Below are positions 38,621 through 51,882 of a DNA stretch of 64,000 nt, in pieces. Below the pieces are notes generated by a model, which did not search any database, was not told the origin of the DNA, and worked only from the letters and a program-made list of their open reading frames with translations. Location: assembly GCF_963921235.1 (NCBI RefSeq), contig NC_086097.1, positions 137,394,001-137,458,000 of the forward strand, in the 5' to 3' direction. The translations under genes and the position numbers were made by a program. This DNA comes from Mobula hypostoma (taxonomy: Eukaryota). How positions within the stretch are numbered: the stretch's first letter is position 1; each line of letters starts with the position of its first letter.

Positions 38621-40691
38621 GAGTGGTGCTAGAAAGTTTATGAACCCTGTAGAATTTTCTCTATTTCTGCGTAAATATGACCTAAGATGTGATCAGATCT
38701 TTATAAGTTTTAAAACTAAATAAAGAGAACCCAATTAAATAAATAACACAAAAATATTATACTTGTTCATGTATTTATCGAAAAAAATTCCAATACTCTA
38801 TGTATTTGTTGGAAAACATACGTGAACATTTGCTTTCAGTAAAGCCTGATTTATACTTCTGCATCAATGCAATGTAAAAAGTACTGCATCGCCGCAAAGC
38901 CAACGCAGATCCCTACGCCAGAGCCTGCGTTGCAGCGATGCACATCTCTCCCAAAATGTAACCGTGCGTCGCGGCAACGCAGAACGCAACAGTTGTGATT
39001 GGTCCGCTTGGTAGCATCGCATTTCATCCTACGCTGCAGTAGCTTCCCATTGGGCGACTGAAGGGCAGGGAAGGAACTCTGGCTGCAATGATAAAGCTTT
39101 ACAGACCTCCGAAATTACGGAGGACACATTTCGCTTTTACGAAAAATGCTCACTTCTTGTTTACCCCGAGGAAGACTACCATGACCATGAAGCCTTGCGC
39201 GGGCAGGTGTGTGCGCATGTGTGACGTGCGCGAATTGCAGAGTGATGCAGGCATACCAACGCACAAGTATAAGTGCTCACAACGCGCATAAGTCACTTGC
39301 GTAGGTTACGGCGTCAAGTTAACGCAGAAGTATAACACAGGCTTAACTGGTGTGACCCACTTTTACAGCAATAAATTTAACCAAACATTTCCAGTAACTG
39401 TTGATCAATCCTGCACATTGGCTTGGAGAAATTTTACGCCATTCCCCCTTACAAAACTGCTTCAACTCTGGGATATTGGTAGGCTTCCTTGCATGAACTG
39501 CTTACTTCAGGTCCTTTCACAACATTTCTATCGGATTAAGTTCAGGACTTTGACACGGGATTTTCTTCTTTTTAAACCATTGTTGTTGATTCACTCTGTG
39601 TTTTCGGATCATTGTCTTGTTGCATTATCCAACTTCTATTGAGCTTCAAGTGATGGACTGCTACCCTGACATTCTCCTGTAGTGTCTTGATACAATTTTA
39701 TCTCAACGATTGCAATCTGTCCAGGCCCTGAGGCAGCAAAGCAGCCCCAAACCATGAATCTCCTTCCACCACTCTTCACAGCTAGAATGAGGTTTTTGGG
39801 GTTTGTGGGCAGTGCCCTTTTCCCTCCAAACATATTGGTATGCAATTCTGCAAAAAAATGTTCAACTTTTGTCTCATCTGTCCACAGAATATTGTCCCGA
39901 AAGCGTTGTAGAACATCTAGATGGTCTTGTAAACTTGAGACTTGCAGCAATGTTTTTTTTGGAGAGCTGTGGTTTCCTCCTTGTTGTCCTTCCATGAACA
40001 TTATTCCTGTTCAGTGTTTTTTCTTATAGTGGACACATGAACGGAGACTTTAGCAAGTTTTAGAGATTTCTGCAGGTCTTTTGCTATTACCCTTGGGTTC
40101 TTTTTCACCTCCTTCAGCATTGCACATTGTGCTCCTGGTGTGATCTTTGTAGGATGCCCACTCCTAGGGAGAGTAGCAACAATACTGAATTTCTTCCATT
40201 TGTAGACAGTTTCTCTTGCTGTGGACTGAAGCGCACTCAGGTCTTTTGGAAATGCTTTTGTAGCCTTTTCCATCTTCATGCTTCTCTACAATTCTTCTAA
40301 GGTCCTCTGAAAGTTGTCTTGATCGGGGCATGGTACACATAAACAGATCTTTATTGAGAAGAACAGGCTCTGGCAGTAACCTTTGAGTGTCTTTTTTATA
40401 GGGTGGGGCACCCTTACAACCCACACCTCCAATCTCATCTCATTGATTAGAACACCTGACTCCAAATAGCTTTTGTAGAAAGCATCACCCCAGAGGTTCA
40501 CATATTTTTCCCAACTGAAACATTTAATATTGGATCATTTTTGTCAATAAATGAGCAAGTGTAATGTTTGCTGTGTTATTTATTTAATTAGGTTCTCTTT
40601 ATTCAGTTTTAGGACTTGCATGAAGATCTGATCTCATTTATGCAGAAATGGAGAAAATTCTACAGGGTTCACAGTCTTTCTAGCACCAATG
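38621..40691 (-). mobile_element. Tc1/mariner DNA transposon with long TIRs and disrupted transposase
   Basis: TIRs gtggtgctagaaag..tgaaccctgtagaattttctc / gagaaaattctacagggttca..ctttctagcacca, then TA. Peptides MPRSRQLSEDLRR, RSGHPTKITP, ILWTDETKVE, FMVWGCFAASGPG. Confidence 0.92.
38843..39343. mobile_element. PIF/Harbinger-type MITE nested in the Tc1 element
   Basis: TIRs agcctgatttatacttctgc / gcagaagtataacacaggct; 3-bp TAA duplication at 38840-38842 and 39344-39346. Confidence 0.8.
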
Positions 40692-41539
40692 TATAAACAG
40701 TAGCAACAATACAATTGTGTGAATAGGTACTACAGAAAATTAGTAAACACTGAAGAATTATAATAAGTATAATCTCAAGTGAAAGGTATTAGTATTGAAT
40801 ATACATGTAAAAATAAAACCAGCTTATTAGATAGTTTTTAAAAAATAATTTAATTTTTAGGCAAATATTTTTAAAAATACTATTATATATGCCGATTCTA
40901 TGTGGCAATAAAGAGTGTATACTCACCAAGGAAAGCGAATTGAACTTCCTTTCAAGCTAAAGTATCAGAAATTTAATGGAAGCTGTAGTGTAAATAGTGA
41001 TGCAGTGGTACATTCACGCATTCACGCCTCTACAGTTTAGCCATTTCTGGCAGATGACCTCACTGCAGTAACTACAGGCTTCTTGTCGCATTTAACACGC
41101 ATGGGTCAGTGGAAGATAAACAGAACCAGCCTCCTGCTGCATATTCACTGATTGGCCTTGCTGGAGACAGCCCTGCCCCGTCTTCAGTTTGTTTGTGATA
41201 CTTGTAATGGTTTTAATTAGATTACCACAACATGGGCCATCCCAGGCTTTCCATATTGATCCCCTTCTGATAAGGGTCTTGATAAGGAAAACATGGCAAC
41301 TTCTGACAGTCTTTCAGTCGGAATTAGATGTGGACGGTTCCTATTAACATGTAATTATCCATAGCAAAGTAATCATAATCACTGGTTCATGGCACACATT
41401 ATCGGGGTGTCCTACCGGGTTGCACTCGCCTCTCATGATCAGTGATTTTGGGGGTGGATGTGAAATGGCGCTCTGCAGGGTGTGAATTGTGATCTGTGTA
41501 TGGTCAAGCTTGAGCAGAGATTATGCCTGTCACCTCTTC

Positions 41540-41541
<2 letters not shown>

Positions 41542-41583
<42 letters not shown>
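41542..41583. repeat. (AC)n microsatellite, ~21 units
   Basis: Perfect AC run. Confidence 0.98.
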
Positions 41584-41585
<2 letters not shown>

Positions 41586-42810
41586 ACCACCACCAGTCTA
41601 CACCTGTTTTGTTGGCTCATTTGCATCATCTAGCATATTTTCCCATTCACTTCATTCAGGGTTCCAATTAAATTACATACATATATTAATTTCTTTTATT
41701 TATTTATATATTTTAGTAATATGTGTTAAAACAGTAAACTTACCGTGGCCCATTCAGAAATTTCTGTGGCTCCCAGTTTCTTTATTTACTTGTGGCTCTT
41801 ACAAAATCCAGCATGGCACCCTAGGGGGCCATATGGCCCATGTTGAGAATCACTGTTTTAGATGTTTCTTGTGGAGGTTTTGCAGTGACTAGTCTAATAT
41901 ACAGATCGTGAAGAAAATCATAATGATAGTCTATGCCAATAAGAAATGGATGGTTGGACTTTCTATGAAACCCCTAATTAAATCTTGTTTCTTAGTCTAT
42001 TATTTCCTTGTAGAGGTATCAGTCAAATCTCATTTCTTAGAACTTTACAGTCAGTATTACTGTAAAGCACAATTACCTGTCATAACACATCTAGGAAATT
42101 AACATTCAACTAACTGATTCCCTAAGTGTCATTGTCACAGGAGTAACAAAAAAAAGTATCAAAGGAATAAGTGAACAAAGATATTCAAGAATAAAATTAT
42201 TGTTTCGTGTATCATAAAACTGATTATTCTGAACCTTCTTAGTTTTAGGTTCAGATCCTCCTTAGTTTTGGGTACATGCTTTTATTTGAAATGATTGAAA
42301 TGTAAGCTTCAATGTTGGGATTCCATGAGTTCTAGAAGGATTTGTTGATGATGATCAGGTTTTTGAAATCAATATAATTTTGTAGACTTTGCCCCTAAAT
42401 AATATTTAGTAATTATGCATCTTCGCTGTGGATGAAATTTTATAGAAAAAGAATGTCCATAATTTCCCATGAGGAGAAGGGGATACTATATGGTTACTTT
42501 TACTGCTACTGCAATGCAGTCTCCTCATTCCTACTGATGTGAAGATTATAGAATAGTAATAATTAGATGTGAATCAGATCGTGAGTGAATTGCAAAACTT
42601 AATCAATCTGTGCAAATTAGCTCAAATGTTGAAATCAAAACCTCAAGGGAATAACAAAATGTGCGTATTGCTATTTTCTCTTGTATGTTGGAGGAACATG
42701 GAACAGGAAGGGAGCAGTCCAGTTGTATGATAGACCTTCAGGGCTGTTTCTGCTATAGGTAGAGGGAGCAATTATTCTGAATAAATTTTTCTCATCTTTA
42801 ACAGTAACCA

Positions 42811-42918
42811 GGGGAGGGAACGTCAACTCAGACCACGAGAGGCCTGCGTCGGGCATTTTCATGCCTTACAAGGTGCAGATTGGAAGTCTATGTGGGGCGT
42901 CACTCCTCACACAGAATC
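42811..42918 (-). mobile_element. 5'-truncated SINE/LINE tail with 12-bp TSD
   Basis: taacagtaacca at 42799-42810 and 42919-42930; the minus strand resembles 43729-43800. Confidence 0.7.
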
Positions 42919-43167
42919 TAACAGTAACCAAATCTATGATAAAGATTAAGAACTTATTTTAAATGGGAATAGTCACTTTTACTGCCAGTTAAAGTTTTCA
43001 ATGTTTGGATTGATAATAGAATGGAGTAACTTTAGAATATCCACTTAGGCAAGTATTGCACAAATCAAAGCACATACTTCTTCCGAAAGACCAAATACTT
43101 TCTAAATGCAGGTTTACAGTTTGAGCTATTAGAAACTATTAAGTCTTTTTCATGCTTATCTTTGCAG

Positions 43168-43309
43168 ATATCTGGAGCCTGGGTGTTATTCTTTTCATGT
43201 TGGTATGTGGGCAGCCTCCATTTCAAGAGGCAAATGACAGTGAGACTCTCACCATGATTATGGACTGCAAGTACACAGTGCCTGCCCATGTCTCCAAAGA
43301 ATGCAAGGA
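43168..43309 (+). CDS. SNRK: SNRK coding exon 2 (kinase C-lobe)
   Basis: tttgcag|AT ATC TGG.. reads (D)[46 protein letters not shown]; donor GA|GTAAGT; 142 nt, phase matches the previous exon. Not in the ORF track. Confidence 0.97.
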
Positions 43310-43512
43310 GTAAGTCATTGATATGCTATAATGTATGTTGTCATAGCATGAATTACTTCTAACCTGATTGATGGTTTAGGAAATGCTATTTACATTAAAT
43401 AGGCTACATACGTTAAGGATCAATTAAAAAAACTTAAAATTTGTGCTTTGAAGCGTTTATAAAATCCATTGCAAGATTTTCTATAATGTAAGGTTTCTTG
43501 TGAATATAACTA

Positions 43513-44367
43513 CATGTTCCCCCGCTATCCGAAAGTAGAGTGTTCCTATGAAACCATTCATGGGCTGGCTGGTGGCGCAACGACATCGGCGCCGGACCCG
43601 GGAGCGGAGGTTCTCGGGTTTGAAACTAGTCGGGTCCGCCCCCGAGTACACTTTCCATCCATGCCAGGTTGAGTGTCGAGATCGCAACTCGACCTCATAA
43701 AATAAAGGGAAAAATACTGTGAAAATGCCTGTTTGAGGAGTGGTGCGTCACACTGTCTCTCTCTCGCTCCGCGCCTTGTAAAAAGCCATGAAAAAGACAT
43801 CATCATGGACGCATGCACGGACACGGAAACGCACACACACGCACACTGGCACGCACGCAGGCACATGCCAAAAAAAAGGAAAGAAAGAAACCATTTGTAA
43901 GCTGAAATGGCGTAAAGTGAAGCAGCAATTACCATTAATTTATATGGGAAAAATTTCTGAGCGTTCCCAGACCCAAAAAATAACCTACCAAAATCATACC
44001 AAATAACATATAAAACCTAAAATAACACTAACATATAGTAAAAGCAGAAATGATATGATAAATGCACAGCCTATTATCTACTTTATACGTAGAAATAATA
44101 TATGTACAGTGTAGTTTCACTTACCAGAATCGGGAAGATTTAGCCAAAACCGATTTGTAGAACATGCATGCACACACACCTGCCGCACAAGGCTTCACGG
44201 TCATGGTAGTCTTTCTCGGGGTAAACACAAGTTTAAAGCGGGCGCCTTTTTTCATAAAAGCGAAAATCCTCCGGATTTCTTTCAGTTAGTGAAAACAAGT
44301 ACTAATGTAGGTCTTTCGTAAAAGTGAAGTGGCGTAAAACGAACTTTTGTAAAGTGGGGGACACCTG
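43513..44367. mobile_element. Tigger/pogo-type MITE containing a tRNA-derived SINE-like segment (~43562-43800)
   Basis: TA|catgttcccccgct ... agtgggggacacctg|TA; internal A box tggcgcaacg and B box gggtttgaaac. Confidence 0.75.
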
Positions 44368-44756
44368 TATTGTGTTGCTATCAATTGTATTTTTCTACAG
44401 CTGTTTTGTAAATATTTAATACTAATAAATATTATAAATATATTTAATAAGGCTTTACATTTAAAACAGCTACTTGACGGACTAACAGTGGAACTTGATT
44501 AAAAAGATTCCAAAATAATTAGGAAAATTTAAGGTGATGTATTGTAAATAAATATCCCTTCCAAAACTGTTACTTTTCATTTCCATGTATAAATGTGGGC
44601 TGACTACAAGTTGCTAATTTGAAAATGGTTTGTATCTGTCCAGGTTTTAGTTGGACTTGTGGTTAAGATGCTTAATATATGGTGGTGATTAAAACTTAGA
44701 ACTCAGTTTTTCCTGGGCACTCCTCACATCAATTTTCCACTCTAAATGCATAGCTA

Positions 44757-45440
44757 GGTAGGATCATAAAGAGAGTTTTTGGCACATTGGCCTTCATAAA
44801 TCAAAATATTGAGTACAGGAGTTGAGATGTTATGATGAAGTTGTATAAGACATTCATTGTCGTTGTTGCTACCAATAATCAGGCCTAATTTGGAGCATTG
44901 TGTGAAGTTATGATTACCTACATGCAGGAAAAATATCAATAAGATTGAAAGAATACAGAGAAAGTTTACAAGGATGTTGCCAGGACTTGAGGGCCTGAGT
45001 TATAAAGAAAGGTTAAATAGGTTAGGCCTTTTTTCCCTGGAGAGTAGGAGAATGAGGGGAGATTTAATAGAGGTTTCAAAAGTATGAGGGGTATAAATCG
45101 GATAAATGCAAGCAGGCATTTTCCACTGAGATTGGGTGGGACTCAACCTAAAGGTCATAGGCTAAGGATGAAAGGTGAAATATTTAAGGTGAACATGAGG
45201 GGAAACTTCTTCGCTCAAAGGGTGGTGAGAGTGTGGAACAAGCTACCAGTGGAAATGATAGATCTGGGTTTAATTTCAACATTTAAGAGAAATTTGTGTA
45301 AGTACATGGAAGAAAGGGGTATGGAGGATTATAGTCCAGGTGTGGGTCAATAGGTCTAGGCAGATTAATAGTTCAGCATGGACTAGATGGGCAAAAGGGC
45401 CTGGTTATGTGCTGTAGTGCTCTGTGACTTTCTGACTATA
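44757..45440 (+). mobile_element. CR1 LINE 3' fragment
   Basis: MRGINRINASRHFPL..FFAQRVVRVWNKLP. Confidence 0.88.
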
Positions 45441-45540
45441 TTAGTTTGGATATCCCATTTTCTCAATAACAGAAGGCAGTGATTCTAAACAGTTTCAGCA
45501 CACGCAAGTTTTTATATTTTTCTAATGTTATTTCCTACAG

Positions 45541-45753
45541 TCTTATCAATCGCATGCTGCAGAGAGATCCAAAACGAAGAGCCTCACTGGAAGAGATTGA
45601 GAACCACCGTTGGCTTCTAGGAATTGATCCTTCACCTGCAACCAAGTGCAATATTCCGCTTGTCTCTTACAAGAATCTCTCAGATGAAGAACATAATGGG
45701 ATCATCCAGCGCATGGTGCTTGGTGACATTGCAGACCGAGAAACTATTATTGA
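45541..45753 (+). CDS. SNRK: SNRK coding exon 3 (end of kinase domain, start of UBA-like region)
   Basis: ttcctacag|T CTT ATC.. reads (D)[34 protein letters not shown]; donor GA|GTAGGT; 213 nt. Confidence 0.97.
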
Positions 45754-45927
45754 GTAGGTGCAACGGAACCCTACACACAAGAAGCAAGTCTTTATCAATA
45801 CTGGCTTCTTTTCCAAAGTGTATTGTGAATATATTGTTTACATGTGCTATCAAAATTTTGAGACTGATAGATTTAGCACACATCACAAAACTTGAAATTA
45901 AGCTGTATTGTTTAGCTTAACTGCATA

Positions 45928-46135
45928 AACAAAAGAAAATCTGCAGATGCTGGAGATCCGAGCAACACACACAAAATGCTGGAGGAACTCAGCAGGCCAG
46001 GCAGCATCTGTGGGGAAGAAAAGTATAGTTGATGTTTCGGTCCTGCCAAAGGGTTTCAGCCCGAAACGTCAGCTGTCTTTTTTCCATAGATGCTACCTGG
46101 CCTGCTGAGTTCCTCCAGCATTTTGTGTGTGTTGC
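45928..46135. mobile_element. Palindromic PLE terminal-repeat-derived element
   Basis: Arms 45962-46040 and 46061-46135 are near-perfect reverse complements; hammerhead remnant ccGAAACGTC. Confidence 0.8.
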
Positions 46136-47229
46136 ATATTCAATATGTTTTGATTCAAACTATTGAAACTTAGTCAAAGTCAAAATACAGTATATTTAAG
46201 TACATCATGGAACAATATTTGCAATTTTTTCACACTAATGGTGAAATGATATTCACCAGTGAAGGAAAATGAGGAAACAGAAATAGGTGTAAAACAAAAA
46301 ACACTGGGAATACACAAGTTGAGTGGGACACTTCAATGACTTTCTAAAATTATAAACAGCTTTCCATGTGCAGTTAAAAGTTGTTGAAATCCCATTGAAT
46401 AACCATCATTGATAGTAGTCTTTTTACCTTTCTGCTGTGCATTTAATTATTTATATTAAAGAGTGAAAAGGTAAGCAAAGTAGTTTGTAGTTGTCGGATT
46501 CAGCTTTACACTCTTTCCTCAAGTGATTAAATAAGTACTATGAAGGGGAAAAGGTACACATTAGTTTACAGAACATAATGCTTAAAGTACATTTAATTAC
46601 AGGAAAGATTATTCTCAAAGGCAGGATTCTTATATTCTGCTTAATTGGCTGTGTACTTGTTCATGTCAGGCTGTCGCATAGAAATTTGTAACAAACATAA
46701 TGTCTAGAATATTGAAGTTTTAGACAGGTGTATGTGTATCTCAAAATCTCTACAAGATTCTGTAAAGTCATATTGTTTTACAAATGGACAATATCCCCAG
46801 TAATGAGAAGGGAGCTCTCTTCACTTGATACTTTTGACATGAATGCAGGTACATATTAATGTACCACTACTTTCAATCAGCACAGTTGCTTAATGGAGCA
46901 GCTCCAGACTAAGGAGTGAGCCAGATGGCCAATCTTTGGAACTTTGAACAATGAGATAGCACATTATTGCAGTTGTAATGAACAGCATTGTTAATGCCAA
47001 AGTAGTAATAATTCTGGATATAAATGCTTCCCTAAATTCAAGATGCTGTGATATTATGATGAAAATACAATAACTGAGACAAAGATGTGACTATCATTAT
47101 GTCATCTGTGAATTACCTTGTGATGTAGAAAATGGCCATATGGGATCAGCTCTCGGAGTAATCCTGTTCCCTTACTTAGTTCCCTGTAACCTATTCTCCC
47201 TCAGATGTTCATGAACAAATGGCATCAAC

Positions 47230-48735
47230 TTCATGATTCTTGTAATCCCCAGGGCCTGACAAGGTGTTCCCTTGAACACTGCGAGAAGCAAGTGTAGAAA
47301 TTGCCAGGGCTCTAGCAGAGATATTTAAATCATCCTTAACAACAGATGTGTCAGAGGACTGGAGGATAGCCGGTGTTGTTCTGCTGTTTAAGAAAGGCTC
47401 TAAGAACTAAACCAGGAATTTGTAGCTCGGTGAGCCTGACGTCATTAGTGGGAAAGTTATTGGAAGGTATTCTAAGGGACCGGATATATGAGTATTTGGA
47501 TAGAGATGGACGAGTAAGTATAGAGTTCTTTGAGGAAGTTCCCAGGGAAGTTGATAAAGGCAAGGCAGTGGGTGTTGCCTACATGGATTTTAGTATGGTA
47601 TTTAACAAGATCCCGCATGGGAGGTTGGTCAAGAAGGTTCAGTCACTCAGCATTCAAGGTGAGGTGGCAAACTAGATTGGACATTAGCTTTGTGGGAGAG
47701 GTCAGAGAGTGGTAGTAACTGGTTGCCTTTCTCACTGGAGATGTGTGATTAGTGGAGTGCCACAGGGATCGGTGTTGGGTCCGTTGCTGTTTGTCATCCA
47801 TATCAATGTTCTGGATGATAATGTGGTGAACTGGATCAGCATATTTGCAGATGACACTGACACTGGGGGTGTAGTGGACAGCAAGGAGGACTATCATGGC
47901 TTGCAGCGGGATCTGGGCCAGCTGGGGAAAAGGGCTGAAAAATGGCAGATGGAATTTAATGTAAATGAGTGCAAGTTGTTGTACTTCGGTGGAACTAACC
48001 AGGGTAAGTCTTACACAGTGAATGGCAGGACACTGAGGAGTGTTGTAGAACAAAGGGATCTGGGAATGCAGGTCCATAATTCATTGAAAGTGGTGTCACA
48101 GGTTGATAGGGTCATAAAGAATGCTTTGGGCACATTGGCCTTCATAAATCAAAGTATTTAGTACAGGAGATGGGATGTTATATTGACATTGTATAAGAAA
48201 TTGGTGAGGCCTGATTTAGAGATTGTGTGCAGTTTTGGTCACCTACCTATAGGAAAGATGTAAATAAGGTTGAAAGAGTGCAGAGAAAATTTATATGTTG
48301 TTGTCGGGTCTAGAGGACCTGAGTTATAAAGAAAGACCGAATAGGTTAGGACCTTATTCCTCAGAATGTAGAAGATTGAGGGGAGATTTGATAGAGCTAT
48401 ACAAAATTATGAAGAATATAGATAGGGTAAATGCAAGCAGGCTTTTTCCACTGAGATTGGGTGAGATTCGAACTAAGGATCATAGGTTAAGGGTGAAAGG
48501 TGAAAAGTTTAAGGGAATGTGAGGGGAAACTTCTTCAGTCAGAGGGTCATGAGAGTGTGCATGTGAGCTTGATCTCAATGTTTAACAGAAGTTTGGATAG
48601 GTACACGGATAGCAGAGGTATGGAGAGCTGTGATCCTGGTGCAGGTCAATGGGAGTAGGCAGATTAAATGACTCAGCACAGACTAGATAGGCCGAAGGGT
48701 CTGTTTCTGTGCTGTACTTTTCTATGACTATAATT
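47230..48735 (+). mobile_element. CR1 LINE RT and 3' fragment
   Basis: [36 protein letters not shown] motifs. Confidence 0.9.
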
Positions 48736-49131
48736 CCACTGATTGTCCTATCATCCGCATAAGGGTGACTTACGATCAACCATTAATATGACAATCAGCA
48801 TGCCTTGGGGATATGAGAGGAAACTGAAGGCCTAAGGAGAGGGTGTATACCTATACAGTTAGAGGAAGAACAAAACTCCACACAGTAAAAAAGGTTGGAA
48901 TTGAATGCAGGTTGCTCAGGTGTGAGACAACTACACTACCTGCAGAACCTCCATTTAATATAGTCATTTCTATTTGTTACAAGTAAAAGCCTTTTGCAAC
49001 CTACATACATTCCTATAATGGTTTTTAGACTCGAATAATCCCAAGGCAATTTACAGGCATTTAAGTACTTTTGACATTTGGTTACTGCTATGATATATTT
49101 ATTCTGATTCATTATTTGTTTGTTCTTTAAG

Positions 49132-49263
49132 GTCGCTGGAAAGTAATAAATACAATCACATCACTGCCACTTACTTTTTGCTGGCTGAAAGGACCTTGAA
49201 GGAGAAGCAGGAGAAAGAAGTTACCCGTTCCTCCAGCCCAAGCCACATTAAAGCTCAGTTCAG
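49132..49263 (+). CDS. SNRK: SNRK coding exon 4 (UBA-like region)
   Basis: ttctttaag|G TCG CTG.. reads (E)SLESNKYNHITATYFLLAERTLKEKQEKEVTRSSSPSHIKAQF(R); donor AG|GTACAA; 132 nt. Confidence 0.95.
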
Positions 49264-51882
49264 GTACAAACAAGTAGGCTACACATGTCTGTTAACAGAT
49301 ACTTGTAGAGGTACACTGTCACATTGTATTTCTAATGTATTTACAGATTACTTAAGTCTCTGGCTCTGTCATTTCCTGTGGTGCAGGACTAGTGCACAAA
49401 AACATACATGTTGAAACTTTTACACAGCTTAGTCACATGCAGATTCTTAAAAACTCGGATATGGCACATTAGTTAAAAGAAGATAGACTTTATTGTTGGA
49501 ACTGTCTCTGGATGTTTACAAGAGGGTTATAAGCTTTGGAGTCAGGTCTGGAACATTTACTTGTGCATAATATTGTGCAGAAGCATTTGTAACGTACTTT
49601 TTCTTATGGACATAGTTCAGAGGAAAAAACTTCTTTGTGAAGAACTAAAGTTACTTATCTACTATAGGTGATTGGATACATGAGGAAGGAAAATTTGAGT
49701 AGTAATTCTTCACCTTGAGGGATCCTTTTCTCTTTGAGTGCTTATCTCCCTGCTTCTTGAATGAGCTGTTTCTGCTGACCCATTTCCCTGCAAGTAGGGG
49801 TATACAAATGTTTGAGTCTTAGATTAAATGAGATACAAAATAAAATAAAGTATAGAACCATTCTTCTCATTTTAAAATAGAGATGAAGATGAGTACTTTG
49901 AATACATTGTGTAAAGGCAGAACAAAACTGATACATTGAAGATTTCCTGGGTTTGTTGCATGTGGGGCCATAGTTGTCTGGTACAATGCTCATTTAGCTT
50001 GGGGCTGGAATTTTAAATCAATAGGATGTGAGTCGCAAGAGCAAGTGCAAGATTTGAGCAAGTAATCCAGGTTGACTGGAGACTTACTGTCCTGTTAAAA
50101 TATGCTGCTTTATATTTGAATAGCCTTGTTTTGTTCACAGGCAGTCAGATATATCATGACAGTATATGAGCAGTAGGAATGTTGACAAATTAATTGAAAC
50201 CTTGCATCAAAACTCAGTGGTCATGCAAAATCCAACAGAAGTGAACAGAGTGGCATTAGCTTTAGAAAATCAGCATCCCAAGGCTGCTGCACCTATTTTT
50301 TTTTAAAGTTCTGCTTTTGCATCTTGGGTTTAGTTGTAAAGTGGCCCTGCCTTTTGTATTTCCCTGGTACTGGTTCATTGTCCTTTCTTGTTCATGTGGC
50401 ATGAGGTAAGACTGGACCAGCATATTGGTGCACTGAAGGCAAAGCAACCAGAATTGCATTCTGAGATCGGGTGTCACACCCAATATTGGTGCTACAGCTA
50501 CATATTTGCTACAGAGAATGTTTTGTGTAGACTTCCATATCAGAAAGATGCAACTTCTCCTGGGCCTCTGAACCTTCCAATGAATAGGAAGCAGAGTCAA
50601 GCTAAAAAGGTTCTTATAAACCTAATGGAATTGTAGGTTTCCTCAAAAAGAAGTAACTACAGGATCTCAGTTAGAATCGAAGGACAATATAATAACCTTG
50701 TATGAAATATTATTCTGGTGAATCTTACTCTCTACAGGCTCAGAATTGTTATTGTTTTGTGGAGCCCTGCATTAGAAAGAGCAATGAAAATTTCACTTCC
50801 TTAGTTTCACAACTTGCCGAAAAGGATATTGCAGTCTTTTGTCTGGTATAGTATCAAACTTAAATGTGCATTGTGAAAATGTGACATTAAATTAATAAAA
50901 TGCACTACCCAATTCTGCAAGATTAAACAGTCAGTCCAACATTTGACCAGTTTATCACGTAAATTGAGCCTAATAGTGACCTGGTGTGGTAGTATTTATC
51001 TTAAAGATGTTTTGTGTCTGAGCTTTTCCATTTGTATATGCAGATGTTACTGAGATTCTTTGAAATTCAGTAATCTTTCACATAATATCTGTTTCTCCAA
51101 ACAGTAGGTCCAATCTTAGTTTAGGCTGAATGATGATTTTAAGTCTTTTCAATACATGATCACATTTTCTTATGATATTTGTTGGGCCTTTTTATTTAGC
51201 CTGTAGACTTTTCCATAATTCATATTTGTGGAAACCTCAATTAAAGAGTTACTCCCTTATACCATTGCATGTAGTGACTTTCACACTGTTAATCGAAACT
51301 GCAGCAACAGTACAATCATTGTCATCAGATCCAGTAAAGATATTTACTCTGATATTGACTGCTATTCTCATCCCTGCAGGTTGAGTAGAGTTATTTTTCT
51401 ACATCTGGATGAGTTAGTCACGCCTACATTTGTCACACCAAGATACTAATTAGTACAATTTCATAAACATTTTGCACATTTAGTCTGGGGAAGATGGAAG
51501 GTTTTGAATTATTGACATCTGAATCTTGATCTTTCTGAACATGATAAACTTGGAAAATGTTATGAAAGAGAATTTGATATTTTGGTTGCATTAGTTGTAC
51601 TTATTGAAGTAGTGTTCCAGTCGTTCATGTTTTCTTCATGATCTTCATTTTTTTTTTGCACGAGATTGTGCCTTAGCACAGCATAAACTGATGCTGATGG
51701 ATTTACTGCAAAGCAGAAGTAGACTGGATGTCTAATGTTAAATGTTCTATTAGTATGCATTCAAGAATAAGTAACTGAAATGTAAAGCTAATTTTAAATT
51801 TGGTACCATAAAGCCTAATTAAAAAATTGAAGAAAGTGACTGAAGATTTTGATTCCCTTTTCTCTTTTGTTTTCAAAATTAG

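Noticed and set aside
41440..41854. Possible hAT MITE ending gttgagaatcactg
   Set aside because: Only one convincing terminal repeat and no TSD found.
43562..43640. Possible tRNA gene (also ~25050, ~33700 and ~37320)
   Set aside because: Only A/B boxes without a convincing cloverleaf; they continue into SINE bodies.
51827..51882. N-terminal part of the 414-aa ORF
   Set aside because: Intronic polypyrimidine tract; the exon starts at 51883.
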